DNA of 64,000 nucleotides from Hemiscyllium ocellatum (taxonomy: Eukaryota). The notes under the pieces are model-generated. The model did not search any database. It worked only from the letters and a program-made list of their open reading frames with translations, and was not told the origin of the DNA. The stretch lies in the NCBI RefSeq assembly GCF_020745735.1, contig NC_083415.1, forward strand, positions 558,001 through 622,000. The letters run 5' to 3'. A program made the translations under genes and the position numbers. Below, piece by piece: positions 12,380-27,000 of this stretch (within the stretch, counting starts at the first letter, position 1; every line of letters begins with the position of its first letter).

Positions 12380-15300
12380 AAAAGACTGAGTGTCTGCCTC
12401 TCATAATTTTGTGCAGTTCTATAAGATCCCCTCTCAGTCTCCTAGACTGCCAAGAAAAGAAAAAAGCTTGTTCAGCCTCTCCTTATAACACTGAGTGCGA
12501 GCAACATCCTTATAAATTTCTTCTGCACTCTTTCCAGTTTAATAACATCCTTCCCTGAGCAAGGTGACCAAAACAGAACACATGCTCCAACTGCAGCCTC
12601 ACCCACCTCCTGTATAACTGTCGGTTTTTGTGAAGACAGAACTAAAGGATGTATACAATTGCTCAGCTGTTCGTTGTCCTTTGTTATACATTTCCCCAAT
12701 TTCCATCTATAGGGACCTAACATTTGTCTTCATCAATCTCTTTCTCTTCATGTACTGTAGAACCTTGTAGCGTCAGTCTTCATGTTCCCTGCAAGCTTAC
12801 TTTCTTTTGTACTGTGTTTTCCCCATCTTAATCAATCCCTTGGTCCTTCTTTGCTGAATTCGAAACTGCTCTCAAATATCAGACCTGTTATTTTTCTTGG
12901 CCCATTTCTATGCTATTTCCTTCAATTGGATGCTATCTAATTTCCTTTATAAGCCATGGATTGGCCCTGTTACCCATTTTGCTTTTGTACCAGACAGGAA
13001 TAAATAGTTGTTGCAGTTCCCCCATGATTTCCTTGAATATTTGCCAATGCCTATCTACTGGCACACCTTTAAGCAACTTTCACTGATCTATCAACGCCAA
13101 CTCATGCCTTATATATCTTCATAGTTTCTTTTATTAAAATTCAGCACCCTAGTCTCCAAATCAGCTGGCTCACTCTCCATCTTGATAAAAAAAGTTGTAT
13201 CATGTCATGGTCACTCATCCCCAAGGAGTCTCACGCAGCTAGATTGGCAATGATTCCCTTCTCATTACACAGTACCCAGTCTAAGATGGCCTGCTCTCTA
13301 GTTGGTTCATCCACATATTGGTTAAGAAAACCATCCTGTATGTACTCCAGGAATTTTTACTCTAAGACATTGTGGCTAATTTGATTTGTCCAATCTAGAT
13401 GCAGATTAAAATCACCCATGATCACATGCTTGGCTAATTTCCTGTTTAATACTATTCCGATACGACCACTGCAGTTTTTTGTCCCTTGGTATTTCACAGC
13501 TCCACCCATACAGTCTCCACATTGTCAAAGCTAATGTCCTAAAAAGAGATGAACAAAAATACGTGACCAGGAATTGAGATATTTCTGCTCAATTATTGAT
13601 CTTGATTTGATGTTAATTAGCCTTGTCGACTTTCAATGAATAGCTTCGTAAAATCTGGGACCGCCAGCAGAAGGTGATGAGCTAGAACATTTGTGGAATT
13701 GCTTTCTCAGTAAATGAACATAGATACATTTTGTTGAGTTTTTCACAGTAGATGACAGTGCTTCTCCAGCAGGTGGAAGTGACGGCTGATAGTAGATCCT
13801 TCAACCAACACCTTCACTCATAAAAAGTTAAGGCACACAAAAGGTTGACTGAGGCTACTTAGTCTAACATCATTTATTGAAAAAAATGGTGGAGTCTTTA
13901 AAAAAGAATGTTACAGTAGAAAACTGAGAATGGCTTTACAAAATGGAAATCTTGCCTGATAAATGTATTGGAATTCTTGGAGAAAATGGAGGAAACGGTG
14001 ATTGTAATATGTTTTGATTTTCTGAAGGTGTTTGATAGCACCCATGCATAAGATTACTGAATAAGAAAGGAGCCTTGGCTTTGGAGGGACTGTATTAACG
14101 TGGAGAGAGGATTTTTGAAATCCCAATCAGAAAAGTTTGATGAAGTGTTTTATTTTACAGGATGTCAATCTGTGGAGTACCACATAAATCTGTTCTGGGG
14201 GACAAAAGAAATTTACAAAGTATTTTGATGACTTAGATGAGGAAAGTGAGTATATTGTAGGCAAGTTTGCGAATGACACAAAAATTGGAGCGGAGACAAG
14301 TGGTGAGTATGACACAAAAAGAAGTTTGTGGAGCGATACAGATAGGATGGAAGTGAACAAGGAGTTTTGCACATTAATGTAATGTGGATTAAATAAATGA
14401 GAACAGACATAAACAGTGAACTTGTGCATTTTAACAGGCAAGGTAGAGATTGAATTCAGAAATCTACAGGAAGTCTGCATCTCCGAACCACAAAAAGTTA
14501 GCTTTTAATTTCAACTGTCAATAAAGATGGCAAATGTCACGTTGGGGTTTGTTTAAAAACTAGTGGAATATTGAGATTAGGAACAGTCAGATAGAGCAGC
14601 AAATGTGTAGCTGAGGAGCTGCTGCAGGGGTTAGGATTCCCATTTTTCAATCATTGGGATCTCTTCAGGGATAGAAATGACCTATATAAGAGGGACCTGA
14701 ATTGGAAGGGGACCGATATTCTTGTGGGGAAATTTGCTAGCAGTATGCTGAAGGTTTTAAATTAGGGGGATGGTGGGAACCAACAAGATAGTGAGAAAAG
14801 AGAAATTTTTGAGGTGAGATGTGGTGAGCAATTCTAGGGGTCAAGGCAGACAACAGTTTGGCAAAAGCAAGGTAAAACTGTTAAACTGCATTTACTTCGA
14901 TGCAAGAGATCTGACATGTGAGACAGATGAACATAGGGCATAGATGGGATTGTGGGACAAGGATAACATTACCATTACAGAAATGTGGCTCAGGGATGAA
15001 CAGGACTGACAACTTAATGTTCCAGGATTCAGATGTTATAGAATGTATAGACAGAGGAGCAAGAGAGGAGATGGAGTGGTGATTTTGATGTAGAGCTGGA
15101 TGTAGAGAGGATATTTCTTGGAGACTGCCCAGTGAAGTTATATGGATGAAACTTAAAAATAAGAAAGAGGTGATGACCTTGCTGGGATTGTAAAATAATA
15201 GTCAGTGGGAAATTTACAAGCGATTATGCTATCTGTAAGAAAAGAGGATAATGGTAGGGAATTTTAACTTTCCAAACAGAATTTGGGGGAATGTTAAGAT

Positions 15301-18300
15301 CTTGGAATGTGGAGAAATTGGTTAAGTGTGTGCAAGAAAACATTGTTATTCAATATGTGGATACACCTACTGGACAGTTCGCAATACTTGACCTTCTGTT
15401 GGGAATCAAGGCAGGACAAGTGACTGAGGTGTCTGTAGGGGCACGCTTCAGGGAAAGTGATCATAATTCTATTGGTTTAATAATAATGATGAGAAAGGAT
15501 AGAATTGATTTAAAAATGAAAGTTTCAAATTGGAATGTGGCCAGTTTCAATGGTAGAAGACTTTGAGAAGTTGGTTGAGGGAGATTATTCTCAGGTAAAG
15601 GGACGACTGACAAGTGGGAGGCATTTAAGAATGAGACAATGAGAGTTCAGTGATGGTATGTTTCTGTTTGTGTGAAGGGCAAGGCATGGGAAAAGCTCAA
15701 TGATGAGGGAAATTGCAACTCCTGTCCAGAAAACAAAGGGGGCATTCATCAGATATAGACAGCTGGGATTGAGTGAATCCTGAGAAGGGTGTAAGGGCAG
15801 TCGAAGTATACTTCACCAGGAAATCATGAGGAAAAAAAGGTGGCATGAAATTGCTTTGGCAAATAGAATTAAGGAGAATCCAAAAAGATTCTAAAATTAT
15901 TTTAAGGTTAAAAGAATAACTAAGGAGAGAATACAGCCCTTAAAGATCAACATGGCTTTCCATACATGGAACCACAGGAGATGGCTGAGACACTAAGCAA
16001 ATATTTTGTATCAATATTTACAGTAGACAGGAGCATAGAAGCTAAGGAACTTGGGAAATAAATAATGTGATCTTAAAATGAGTTCATCTTACAGAAGAGG
16101 AGGTGTTGGAGGTCTTACAGAAGAAAAATGGAAATAAATCCTGGAGACCTGGTTAGGTTTTCTCAGAACTTTGTGGGAAGCTAGGGAAGAGATTCGTGGA
16201 CCCCTTGCTGAGATATTTGTATCATCGATAATCATAGATGAGATGCCAGACGACTGAAGAGTGACTAATGTGGCAGCATTATTGAAGAAAGTTGTATGGA
16301 AAAGCCAGGGAACCATAAACTGGTGAGCCTTTCACACCAGAGATGCTGCCAGACCTTCTGAACATTTCCAGCAGTTTCCGTTTTTGTTTCTGATACACAG
16401 CATCCACTGCTCTTTCAGTTTTTACTTAGTAGTCAGAGAGCATTACGTTTTGGATGGGAGGCCTGTTAGAACATAACAACATCCAAACATTAGAAATACG
16501 ATCAGGAGTAGGCCATCTGACCCCATGAGTCTGCTCTGCCTTTCAATAACATCATGGATCATCTTTCAATGGACTAAGATTCCGCTTACCCACCCACTCA
16601 CTATAACCCTCCATTCCTTTACTGTTAAAAAATCTATTTTCACCTTTAAAACATTCAACAGGTTGGCCTCAGCTGCTTCACTAGGCAGGGGATTCCACAG
16701 CTTCACAACTCTTTGGGTGAAGATGTTGATCCTCAACTCAGTCCTAAATCTGTTGCCCTTATTTTAATGTTATGCCCCGTCATTCTAATTTCACCCACCA
16801 GTGGAAATAGCATCCCTGCTTCTGTCTTATCTATCCCATTTATAATTTTACAACCCCCCTCCCACATTCTTCTGAATTCCAATGAGTATACTCCCAGTCT
16901 GCTCAATCTCTCCTCACAAGCCAACCCCCTCATTTCCAGAATCAACGTAATCAACCTCCTCAGCAAACCCCACCCCAGTGCCATCTCATGTAAGGCGATG
17001 AAAAGTGTACAGAATACTTCAGGCATGGTCACACCAACGCCCTATACAGCTGCAACAGAAAGTCCTAATTTTAAACTCTATCCACAGCCAATGAAGGACA
17101 TTATTCCATTTGTCTTCCTAATTAGCTACTGTACCTGCAAACCATACTTTTTTGTTTCATGCACAAGAACAGCCAAGTCCCCCTGCACAACAGCGTTCTG
17201 TTTGTTATTATTCCTACCAAAATGGATGACCTCACGTTTACTAACATTGTACTCCATCTGCCAGACTCTTGCCCACTCACTTAACCTGTCTATATCCTCC
17301 TGCACACTTTCCTCTATCACTCATTTAAGTGCCTTCTGCGAACTACAACACACTACACTTGGATCTCTAAATCGAAGCAATCTACCTGAATTGTAAACAA
17401 TTGCAGTGCCAACACTCATCCCTGAGACACACCACTCGCCACTGATTGCCAACCAGAAAAACGCCCATTTATCCCCACGTTTTGCATTCTGTTAGTTAAC
17501 CAGTTTTCTGTCCATGCTAATGCATTGCCCGTAACATTGTGCATCTTTATCTTATGCAGCAGCCTTTTGTGTAGCACCTTGCTGAATGCCTTTTGGAAAT
17601 CCAGATACACCACGTTCACCAGTTCCCCATTGTCTACCACGCTCATTATGACCTCAAAGAATTCCAGTTAATCAGTTAAACATGACCTGCCTTTCATGAA
17701 CCCAAGCTTTATTAAATAAATGTGAGGTGCTGCATTTTTGTAAGGCAAACCAGGGCAAGACTTATGCAATTAATGGCTGGGCCTTGGGGAGTGTTGCTGA
17801 GCAAAGAAACCAAAGGGAGCAGATGCATCATTCCTTGAAAGTGGAGTTGCAGGTAGACAGGGTGGGGAAGAAGGTGTTTGGCATGCTTTCCTTCATTGGT
17901 CATAACATTAAGTGTAGGAGTCGAGATGTCATCTCTCAGCTGCACAGAACATTTGTGAGGCCACGTTTAGAATTATTACAGACAAATCTGGCTGACCATT
18001 TCTGTGAAGGATTTTGTGAAACTTGAGGGGATGTAGAAAAGATTTCCAAGAATGATGCTGGAACTGGAGTGTTTAAGGTATAAGGTGAAGCTGAATAGAC
18101 TGGGGCTTTTCTTTTCCCTACAGTGAGAGGAAAGGAGGCTGAGGAGTGGCCTGAACAAGACCTATAAAACCATGCAGGGCATTGATATGGTGAATAGCCA
18201 AGGCCTTTTTCCTCAAGTGGGAGAGTCCAAAACTAGAGGACAGCAGATTATGGTGAGAGGAGAAACGTTTGAAAAGAACTTGAGGGGTAACCTTTTCACG

Positions 18301-19090
18301 TGTATGTATGGAAACAGCTGCCAGTGGTAGTGGGGGAGGTGGGTTCAATTACTGCATTTAAAAGGCACCTGGATGGGTGTATGAACAGGGAACATTTAGA
18401 GAAAGATAGGCCAAATGTCTGACAAATGGTACTCAGTCAGGTTGGGATATCTGGGCAGTGCAGTTGGACCGAAGGGTCTGTTTCTGTGCCTGATATCTGT
18501 ATGACTATAATGTTTGGTAAAACTGAAAAGAAGCTGTATTTTTACCACAGCTGGAATACTGTGGACTGTTCTTGGGACTCATATCACAAAGAAAAGGTAC
18601 ACTGGACTGTGAGACAATCCACACGAGGTTGAGCCGACTGATCCTGAGGATGGAGGGACTGTCTTGAGAGTAGAGACTGAGTCGTTTGGGCCTATACTCA
18701 TTAGAACATAGAAGATTCAGTGGTGACATTCTGAAACATCTATTATTTTCAGGAAACTTGATGGTGTAAATGCAGAAATGTTGTTTCCCCTTGTGGGAGA
18801 GTTTCGGGCCAGTGAGCAAACTCTCTGAATTAGAGGTCACAAATGTCAGGCAGAACAGAATTTTGTCTCCCAGAATGTAGTGAATCTGTGGAATTTGTTT
18901 CCATAGAACACTGTCGAGGCTGGGTCATTCAGTATTTTGAAGGCTGAAATGGGCAGGTTTTGATTTGGGAATTGAATCAATGCTTACAGTTAAACGCTGA
19001 AAAGTGGAGGTGAGGATTATCAGCTCAGCTATGATGTCATTGTTTGGAAGCTCAAACTCCATTGGCTGAACAGACTGCTTCTGGTTCCCT
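12380..19090. mobile_element. Cluster of old fragmented CR1 LINEs (- 12380-13500, + 13900-16330, - 16480-17710, + 17710-19090)
   Basis: Degenerate endonuclease/RT translations, e.g. ESDHNSI, VVYLDFQKAFSKV, SGVSQG, LGVYSLEFRR; frameshifts throughout. Confidence 0.7.
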
Positions 19091-21419
19091 CTCATTGACT
19101 TTTGCTCGAAGTTAGTCTTTTCAGAATTATATAGGTCTCATCGAAATTACCCTCCATTTCATGTTTGAAGCCCAGCTGCTTCAATCCCTCCTCATCATGA
19201 AAAAAGACAGGGATCATCTTTCTCACTGTTTGATGGCATTGCATTCTGCCTCTAATGCAGTGACTACATTTATAGTCCTCCAGTTCTGTTGAATATTTGT
19301 CAAACACAACCACGGCTGTCACAGAAAAGGTTAAAGACAGATCAAAACTACATTTAAACTACCATATCAAGCACACTGTCGGCATGTGTTGCATGGAATA
19401 CACACACATTGCATATTAAAGCTCTCTCAGTACTCATCCATTAAACACTGCAAGGGTTGTTCAGAGATGATTTGCTTATGTGTGTGCGTATGTCTGTGCC
19501 TGTAAATGATAGTCTACTTGTATAACAAAGTTTCGATGCATAGTGTTGTTCCCTTTTTATTCTGGTGTCAAGCATTTCAAAATCAGAAAGACAGTGGGTA
19601 GGAGTTCAAACCCCTTTACACGGCTACATCAAATGTTTTCCGTGATTGTACAGCTCATGTAATGTGCTGGGTAAATCTCCCTCTATATTGTGTTGTCCAA
19701 TGCAATCATGTCAAATATATTTTGGTTTAGACACAGAGTAGAGCTGCATCCAGGATTCCCTAAAAACAAATCCTCCCAGAGTCGATACAGAATAAATTGA
19801 CCTCTACAATATTAAACCTTCCATGAGATGTGCAGTGTAAGGTTAATTATAGACGAAATATGCATTACACTGAACCATTAAACATTCCTCAGACAAGAAT
19901 AATAGTGCAGAGATACAATGAAAACACTAACACAGCAAAGTCTTGCAGCCTCAATACTCAGACAGATTTTTGAGAAAATCTTGCTGTCCTGACTCAAATC
20001 TCTCGAAAGAAATGGATGAATTTGGCTGAGAGGCAATGTTGGTGAGGTGTTGGCTTCATGTTATTGAGGAAAACATTGTCCGATTGTGGAGAGGCAAAAC
20101 AAGGCATCAGAGATAAAGAAAAAAGGGGGAAGGCAGGAGGGGAAGAGAGAAAAAGAGACACAGAAATATTAGCTGTGCCAATGTATCTCTTAATTATAGT
20201 TTTTTGACTAAACATGACAATTGATACCTCTGTCATTCAACAATCATACAACTTATGTATTAAAAAGTCCGAACATCAATTAGTGTTGGAATCCATTGAG
20301 TTATTTGCATTTTTTTTCCACAATTTGTGTGATGTGCTTGTGGGGAAATATAAATGAGGGTTTTGTGGTTCTGTAATCTATTCTGAGAATTCTATTTCTG
20401 TGTTTATTTACATAAATGCTTAATTGGCTTCAAGGAAGTGATGTTGGCAGCAAAGCCAGGTGAATGAAGTGATTTGGTGGTAAGTTTCAAATCGAAACAA
20501 GTTTATTTTAAGAATGTTGACCATTTGCAGAAGTGAATAAAAATTTATGAAGCTGAATTGCAATAGATTTTATTTATTTCTGAAGGATAAATAATTTAAA
20601 ACTTTTATTTAGGTTAACAATTCAGTGCTGAAAATTCTGCAAATTTAGAATATTCACCTGAAATACAGGAACTGCCGCAACAATTACATTTAATTGACAT
20701 AGTTGTTACGAGGTTTCATTACACGTATTACTTAATGGTAAGGGTCAGCAATGAGTCCCTATCCCCAACTGCCCATTGAATAGCTTGCTAAAGCCACTTT
20801 GGAACACAGTCAAATACTTCCCAGTGGGTCTGGAATCTCATGTCGGCCAGACCATGTAAAGGTGACAGATACCTTGTCATTCGTGAACCAGCTGTTTTTG
20901 TATTTTTCCATTGACTTGGGTTACATGGTCATCATTTGCCTTCCTTTCTGATTCCAGGATTTCTTTAAATTCACATTTCACTCTGGGCAAACGATGATAT
21001 TCCAAACCCTGGCCATCCAACATCAAACTGGAGTTCGAGAATACTGGTCCCATGATATCATCACTGTGATCCGAATGTTGGCAATGTACAGAAAGCACAG
21101 AAATGTAATAAATCTGACACTTTACATCATGAACAAATATTGGAGTGGAATACTGGCAAGAACTCTCTTGCTGTTCACAGCAACATCACAGGAGACTTTG
21201 CATCCACTCACCAATCTAAAATCTGTATCGGACTCTGTATGAAGAGCCTGACTGACCGCAGTTAGCATTTGTTGAATTCTTCACTGAATTATGAAAACGT
21301 TAGTCACATATCCCAAGAAGGTGGTCATCAGCTCCCTTTTTGAGGCCTGCCATCTTGTTCGGCTAATTATGGTTGATCTTTCTTAAGAAACTTAATTACA
21401 ACCAAATGGCTTCTCAGTC

Positions 21420-21638
21420 GAGACTGTAGTGCTGGAAAAGTACAGCAGGTCAGGCAGTGTCCGAGGAGCAGGAGAATCGATGTTTTGGGCATAAGGCCTT
21501 CATTAAGATACCTGATGTAGTTGTTATGGCTGGAACATTGATTCTCCTGCTCCTTGGATGCTGCCTGACCTGCTGTGCTTTTCCAGCACTACACTCTCAA
21601 CTCAGATCTCCAGCACCTGCAGTCCTCACTTTCTCCTG
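21420..21638. mobile_element. PLE-derived fold-back element
   Basis: Inverted arms gctggaaaag...caggagaatc / gattctcctg...cttttccagc; degenerate TSD ggcttctcagtc / ggtttcttagtc. Confidence 0.7.
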
Positions 21639-22283
21639 ATGGGTTTCTTAGTCAGGTTCGGCACAGGAAAGGAACCATCGCCTTTTTGTTGAACAGGTAG
21701 GGAAGGCCAGGTAGGAAGGTCACACATCCTCCTCTGAAGGACAATACTGAACCATGTAACATGTTTCAAAACTTTGGTAGGTCTGTGATTCTCATTCGTT
21801 ACTTCAGCAGTTTCGTTTCATACTCTTTCATTAATTGAAGCTACTATGGTAGAGATTGATTCTGGAACTTTACTCCAAACCTTTTGATTGCTTATTACAT
21901 ACTCATAATGCCTCCTTAACCACTTTCTCAAACTGTCATATTAGCTTCAATGATTGTTTTATTGACTCATGGAACACGGTGGTTGCTTTTAGTTGTCGGT
22001 AGGTGTCCTTCAGAAGATGGCAGAAAGCTGCCTTTCTGAAATAACATCTTCCAAAATGACCTGAGGAAGGGAATTCCAGATTTTGACCCAGTTACAGTGA
22101 AAGATCGATGATATATTTCCATGTCAGGATGCCGAGTAGTTTAGAGAGGAGCTTACAGTGGTGCTGTTCCCATGTATCTGCTGTTCTTATCCATCGAGAT
22201 GCAAGTGGTAGTGGGAAGGTACTGTGTAAGGAAGTGGCTAAGTTACTGCAGTGCAGTATTTTAGACAGTGCATATGGCAGGTA

Positions 22284-22375
22284 TGCCTGAAGAAGGGCTT
22301 ATGCCCGAAACATCGATTCTCCTGCTCCTTGGATGCTGCCTGACCTCCTGTGCTTTTCTAGCAACACATTTTTCA
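22284..22375 (+). mobile_element. Single-arm PLE terminal fragment with 14-bp TSD
   Basis: GCATATGGCAGGTA at 22270-22283 and 22376-22389; contains CTGAAGAAGGGCTTATGCCCGAAAC. Confidence 0.8.
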
Positions 22376-23209
22376 GCATATGGCAGGTACTAAGCATCAG
22401 ATTTGGAGGCAATGGACGCTTGTGGATGTGCTGCTGATCAAGTGGAATGCTTTGTCCTGGACAATGCCTGGCTTCTTGAGTGCAGTTGAAGGTGCTCCTG
22501 TCCAGTCAAAGGGCGAGCTGTGCTATTACCCTCCTGACTTCTGTCTCTTAGGCAGTTAATTGGCTTTGCAAGTCAGGAGGGTGAGTTACTCGCTGCAGTA
22601 TCCCTAGCCTCTGGCCTGCTCTTACAACCATTGTATTTATATGGAGTGTCCAGCTCAATTTCTAATGAACAATAAAACCCAGGATGTCGATGGTGAGGGA
22701 TTCCATGATGGTAACACTATTGAATGTCAAGGGGTTTTGGTTAGATTGTCTCTTATTGTCAATGGTCATTGTCTCGCAGGTTTGTGGTGTGAATGCTATT
22801 TGCCACTTGTCAGCTCAAGTCTGGAAATTGTCCAGATTTTGTTGCATTTGAATGTGGACTGAGCAGTCACAAAAAAAGTGCTAGATCAATGCAGATTTCA
22901 CTTCTGACCTTCTGAGGGAGGGAAAGGCATTGCTGAAGCAGCTGAACATGATTGGGCCAAGGACACTTTCTTTAGGAACTCCAACAGAGATTTGCTTTGG
23001 CTGAGACGACTACCCTCTAACAAGCAGAGCCACCTTCCAATGTGTGAGGTCTGACTGCAGGCAGCAGGGAGGTTGTCACCTGATACCCATTGAATCCAGT
23101 TTTGCTAGGACTCCATAATATCACACTCTGTCAAATGTGACCTTAATGTGAAGGGCTGTCACTCTTCCCTCATTTCTGGAATTCAGTTCTTTGTCCATGT
23201 TTAAATCAA

Positions 23210-23436
23210 CTAGGAGAAAGTGAGGACCGCAGATGCTGGAGATCAGAGCTTAAAAATGTGTTGCTGGAAAAGCGCAGCAGGTCAGGCAGCATCAAAGGAG
23301 CAGGAGAATCAACGTTTCGGGCATAAGCCCTTCTTCAGGAATCAGGCTTCAGAAGGGCTTATGCCCAAAACGTCAATTCAACTGCTCCTTTGATACTGCC
23401 TGACCTGCTGCACTTTTCCAGCAACACATTTTTAAG
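23210..23436. mobile_element. PLE-derived fold-back element with 15-bp TSD
   Basis: CCATGTTTAAATCAA at 23195-23209 and 23437-23451; inverted arms. Confidence 0.85.
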
Positions 23437-24229
23437 CCATGTTTAAATCAAGTCTGTAATTCAGTCATGAGCTGAGTAGGCCTTGCGTAAGCCACATTTA
23501 ATGTCACCGAGCAGGTTATTACTGAGCTAGTGCTGCTTGATAGCACTGTTGAAAGCACCTTCCTACACCTAACTCATGTTTGAGCATGGACTGATGGAGC
23601 AGGAAGTGGTTTGACCTATTTTCTGTGCACAGGACATGCCTGGCCTATTTTCCACATTGTCCATGCCAGTGTGGTAGCTGTACTGGGAGTGCTTGGCTAG
23701 CACAAGTCGTCAGTATTATTGCCAGAATTTTGTCAGGCTCCATTGCATTTGCAGTAACCAGTGCCCCCCCGCCCAACAGTGTCTTGATTTCACATGGAGA
23801 GAAGCGAATTCCCTGCTGACAGGTATCTGTAAGATCTATGGAAGATGCCGAGATGGATCAGACAATTGGCACTTCTGGCTGACGATTGCTGTGAATGCTT
23901 CAGCCTTAACTTTTGCGCTGATGTGTTGTGCTCTCCAAAGCAGAACAAGGGGATATCTGTGGAGCTTATTCCTTCAATGAGTTGTTTAATTATCAACTTT
24001 AGTTCATGACTTGATGTGTCAGCACTGCAAGCTCAGACCCCAGTTTCCTGAATGAATGGTCTAGCCACAATATCTCCAGACTATAACTCCAACCCGCACT
24101 CCATGATGTGGATATGCACAACAGAAGATCACTTATCCTTTATATTTGTAGATTCCAACAATGCATCGTATATTCGCTTAATTTGTTAATCTTGAAAATG
24201 CTTTACTTCACAGACTTGAGGATATAATG

Positions 24230-24720
24230 TTCTGTTTTCAATTCTTCTCTCCAACAGGCAAGGTCATCGATGTCACACTAGCTTTCCTCCTCATTCATTG
24301 CAAAACCAAACGTTTTTCACCTCATCTTTGAACTTACTGATCAAAATTGCTACATTCTTGACTAGATCGTTGATATACGCTGCAAACAGCAAAGGATCCA
24401 GCACCAAGTCGTATAGTAAGCCACAAGATGTCTTCACAATGTCTACCTTTGACCTTTAGCTTCTGCCAACAAATAAACTTTCGATGCATTTGCCAAACTG
24501 CACCAGATCCCATGAACCCTTTGCATATTGAAGATGCAAGATCTGGTCAAAAACCTGATTGGAGTCAAGAAGCATCACATCCACTTTTTACACCCGATGG
24601 CACATCTCATTGCCTCTCCAGAAAACAGAATCAACCACTTCCCAGATGGTCTCACTTCCACCAAAGCCCTGCTGAATTTTATTGGCTAAACCTTACAATT
24701 CCAACTTTTAATGAATGCTG
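24230..24720 (-). mobile_element. Ancient CR1/L2-like RT remnant
   Basis: Reverse strand reads approx. LGPLLFAAYINDL. Confidence 0.5.
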
Positions 24721-25879
24721 TCTCTTAGCTTTATTTATTAACTTCCCGCAAGCTTTCTACTTTTAAACATAGGTTTATGAGCGAAACTACATATTGTCAT
24801 TTCGCTCCTTTCACCCGGTGATAACTCTTCTTATCTCTCTGACAGATAATTTACTCTAGCTGAAATAATCTTGTGTCTCTTCTGTTTCATTCTGGAAAAT
24901 GGGAATGGAATTGAATACAATGTTGAGACCAACAGCAAACTGTCTGTTTGTTCTTGACACTGTCAGTGTGTTCACCCTCAGAGGTAGGAAGACTGTTTGT
25001 GCTGATAATACGGAAAGTAGCGCCTGATGTATCATTCTCAGCTGGCGCGCAACTTCCTGTTTCTATGTGCCAGCAGCAAGCCACACATCTCACTTCTGAT
25101 CAGAAAATAAACCCAGGGGATACAATCTGGCAGAAACACCTGCCAATGTGGCCTATATCAGGACACAGAGTGTGAAGTGATCACATTGAAGTGACATTTG
25201 CAAATCGACCTTTCGATCTCTATTTCACGGTCTGATTCCAGGATGTCGTTGGACGAGTCTCTCGACTATCGAACAAGCTCATTCGATTCACTAATGTCTG
25301 GAACACATTGACATGCATCTTTTCATGTCTTTGATCGTGTACTACTTGTTACTCTCTCTTCAGATTTAATGTTCCCAGCTTTTGATTCTGTCTTCTGTAT
25401 CCATCACCTTCCCAGCCGAATACATTCTGTTTGATCTATTTCCTAAATTTTGATCAACTAAACAAATAATACAGTTTAGTACAGACAGGTATGTTGGTGT
25501 GTCCGATTAACAGAATCAATATATGGAGAGATCACCTTGGCTGTATCTAAATCTGACCAACATTGAATTCAAATAAACCACAGCACTGTGTGGTTTCAAA
25601 CTTTGCAAATCCTCTCTCTTTGATAGAGCTTGTTCTAATGGTTAATTCTTTTCTTGATTATTTCAGAAACTATAATTAAAAATCCCTATTTTTAACCAAG
25701 TTTCAAATATTATTAAAAGATGCAGCACTGGCATTTCCTACAGTGAGCTTTGTGGTGTTTAAATGTTCTGGTCAACATTTGCTTCAAGCAGAAGACTGAA
25801 CCATTGGTTTCTCTGAGTTCCCAGCCATTGCCCTTGCAGTTCCATAATAACTGCAAGCTATTGATCAGCCCCAGAATGA

Positions 25880-27000
25880 ACAGAATGTCCAGGCCCTGTA
25901 CACATCCAAACGCCATGATGGAGGCCTCGAAGCCCTCCGTTTCTTCCTGTCACGCCAACCCAAGCAGTACATACTCAACCTCAACTACATCTCCTTTCAA
26001 TCCTCCCACTTCCTCCAAACCAAAGGGGTAGCCATGGACCCCAGCTATGCCTGCCTCTTTGTCAGATATGTGGAACAGTCAATCTTCCACAGCTACATCG
26101 GTATCATTGCCCATCTTTACCACCGCTACATTGATGACTGTATCAACGCCACCTCATGCAACCACTAGGAGGTTGAACAGTTCATCTGCTTTACTAAAAC
26201 CTTCCACCCTGACCTAAACTTTACAGGGACCATCTCGGAGACCTCCCTTCCTTTCCTAGATCTTTCCATCTCTATCTCCAGTGACCAACTAAACATTTAC
26301 TACAAGCCCACTGACTCCCACAGCTACCTGGACTACACCTCCTCCCACCCGACCTCAGGTAAAAATGCCATCCTTCATTCTCAATTCCTCTGCCTCCACC
26401 GCATCTGCTCCCAGGAGGACCAGTTCCACCATAAAACATCCCAGATCCTTTATCAAAGACTGCAATTTCCCCTCCCACGTGGTCGATGATGCCCTTGAAC
26501 CCCATCCCTCCAATCGCAACAGGGAGCCCTCCTGGTCCTCATCTTCCACCACACCAGCCTTGCATACATCATATCATCCTCTGCTGCTTCCACCACTGTA
26601 AACCGACCCCATCACTCGGGGTATATTTCCCTCTCTACACCTATCGGCATTCCGGAGACACCATTCCCTCCACGACTCCCTCGTCAGGTCCATGCCCCCC
26701 ACCAGCCCACTCCCCACTCCTGTCACCTTCCCCTGTCACCACAGGAAGTGCAAAACCTGCGCCCACACCTCCCCCCTCACCTCCGACAAGGCCCCAAATG
26801 ATCCTTCCACATCCCATAGAAACCTATCTATACTTCCACAAATGTCATCCAGTGTGTCTGTTCCATCAGGGAGACAGGACACGAACTTGCGGATCATTTC
26901 AGAGAACATCTCTGGGACACACGTACCAACCAACCCCACGGCCCCGTGGCTGAACACTTTAACTCCCCCTCCCACTCCACCAAGAACAGCCGGTCATATT
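25880..27000 (+). mobile_element. Degenerate Penelope-like fragment (RT-thumb/GIY-YIG region)
   Basis: Similar to 6800-7900 (caaaggggtagccatgg, ccagctatgcctgcctc, catttcagagaacatctctgggacac); many indels. Confidence 0.8.

Noticed and set aside
19732-19770. Cryptic RSS (CACAGAG...TAAAAACAAA)
   Set aside because: The best nonamer match needs a 21-nt spacer and no Ig segment is adjacent.
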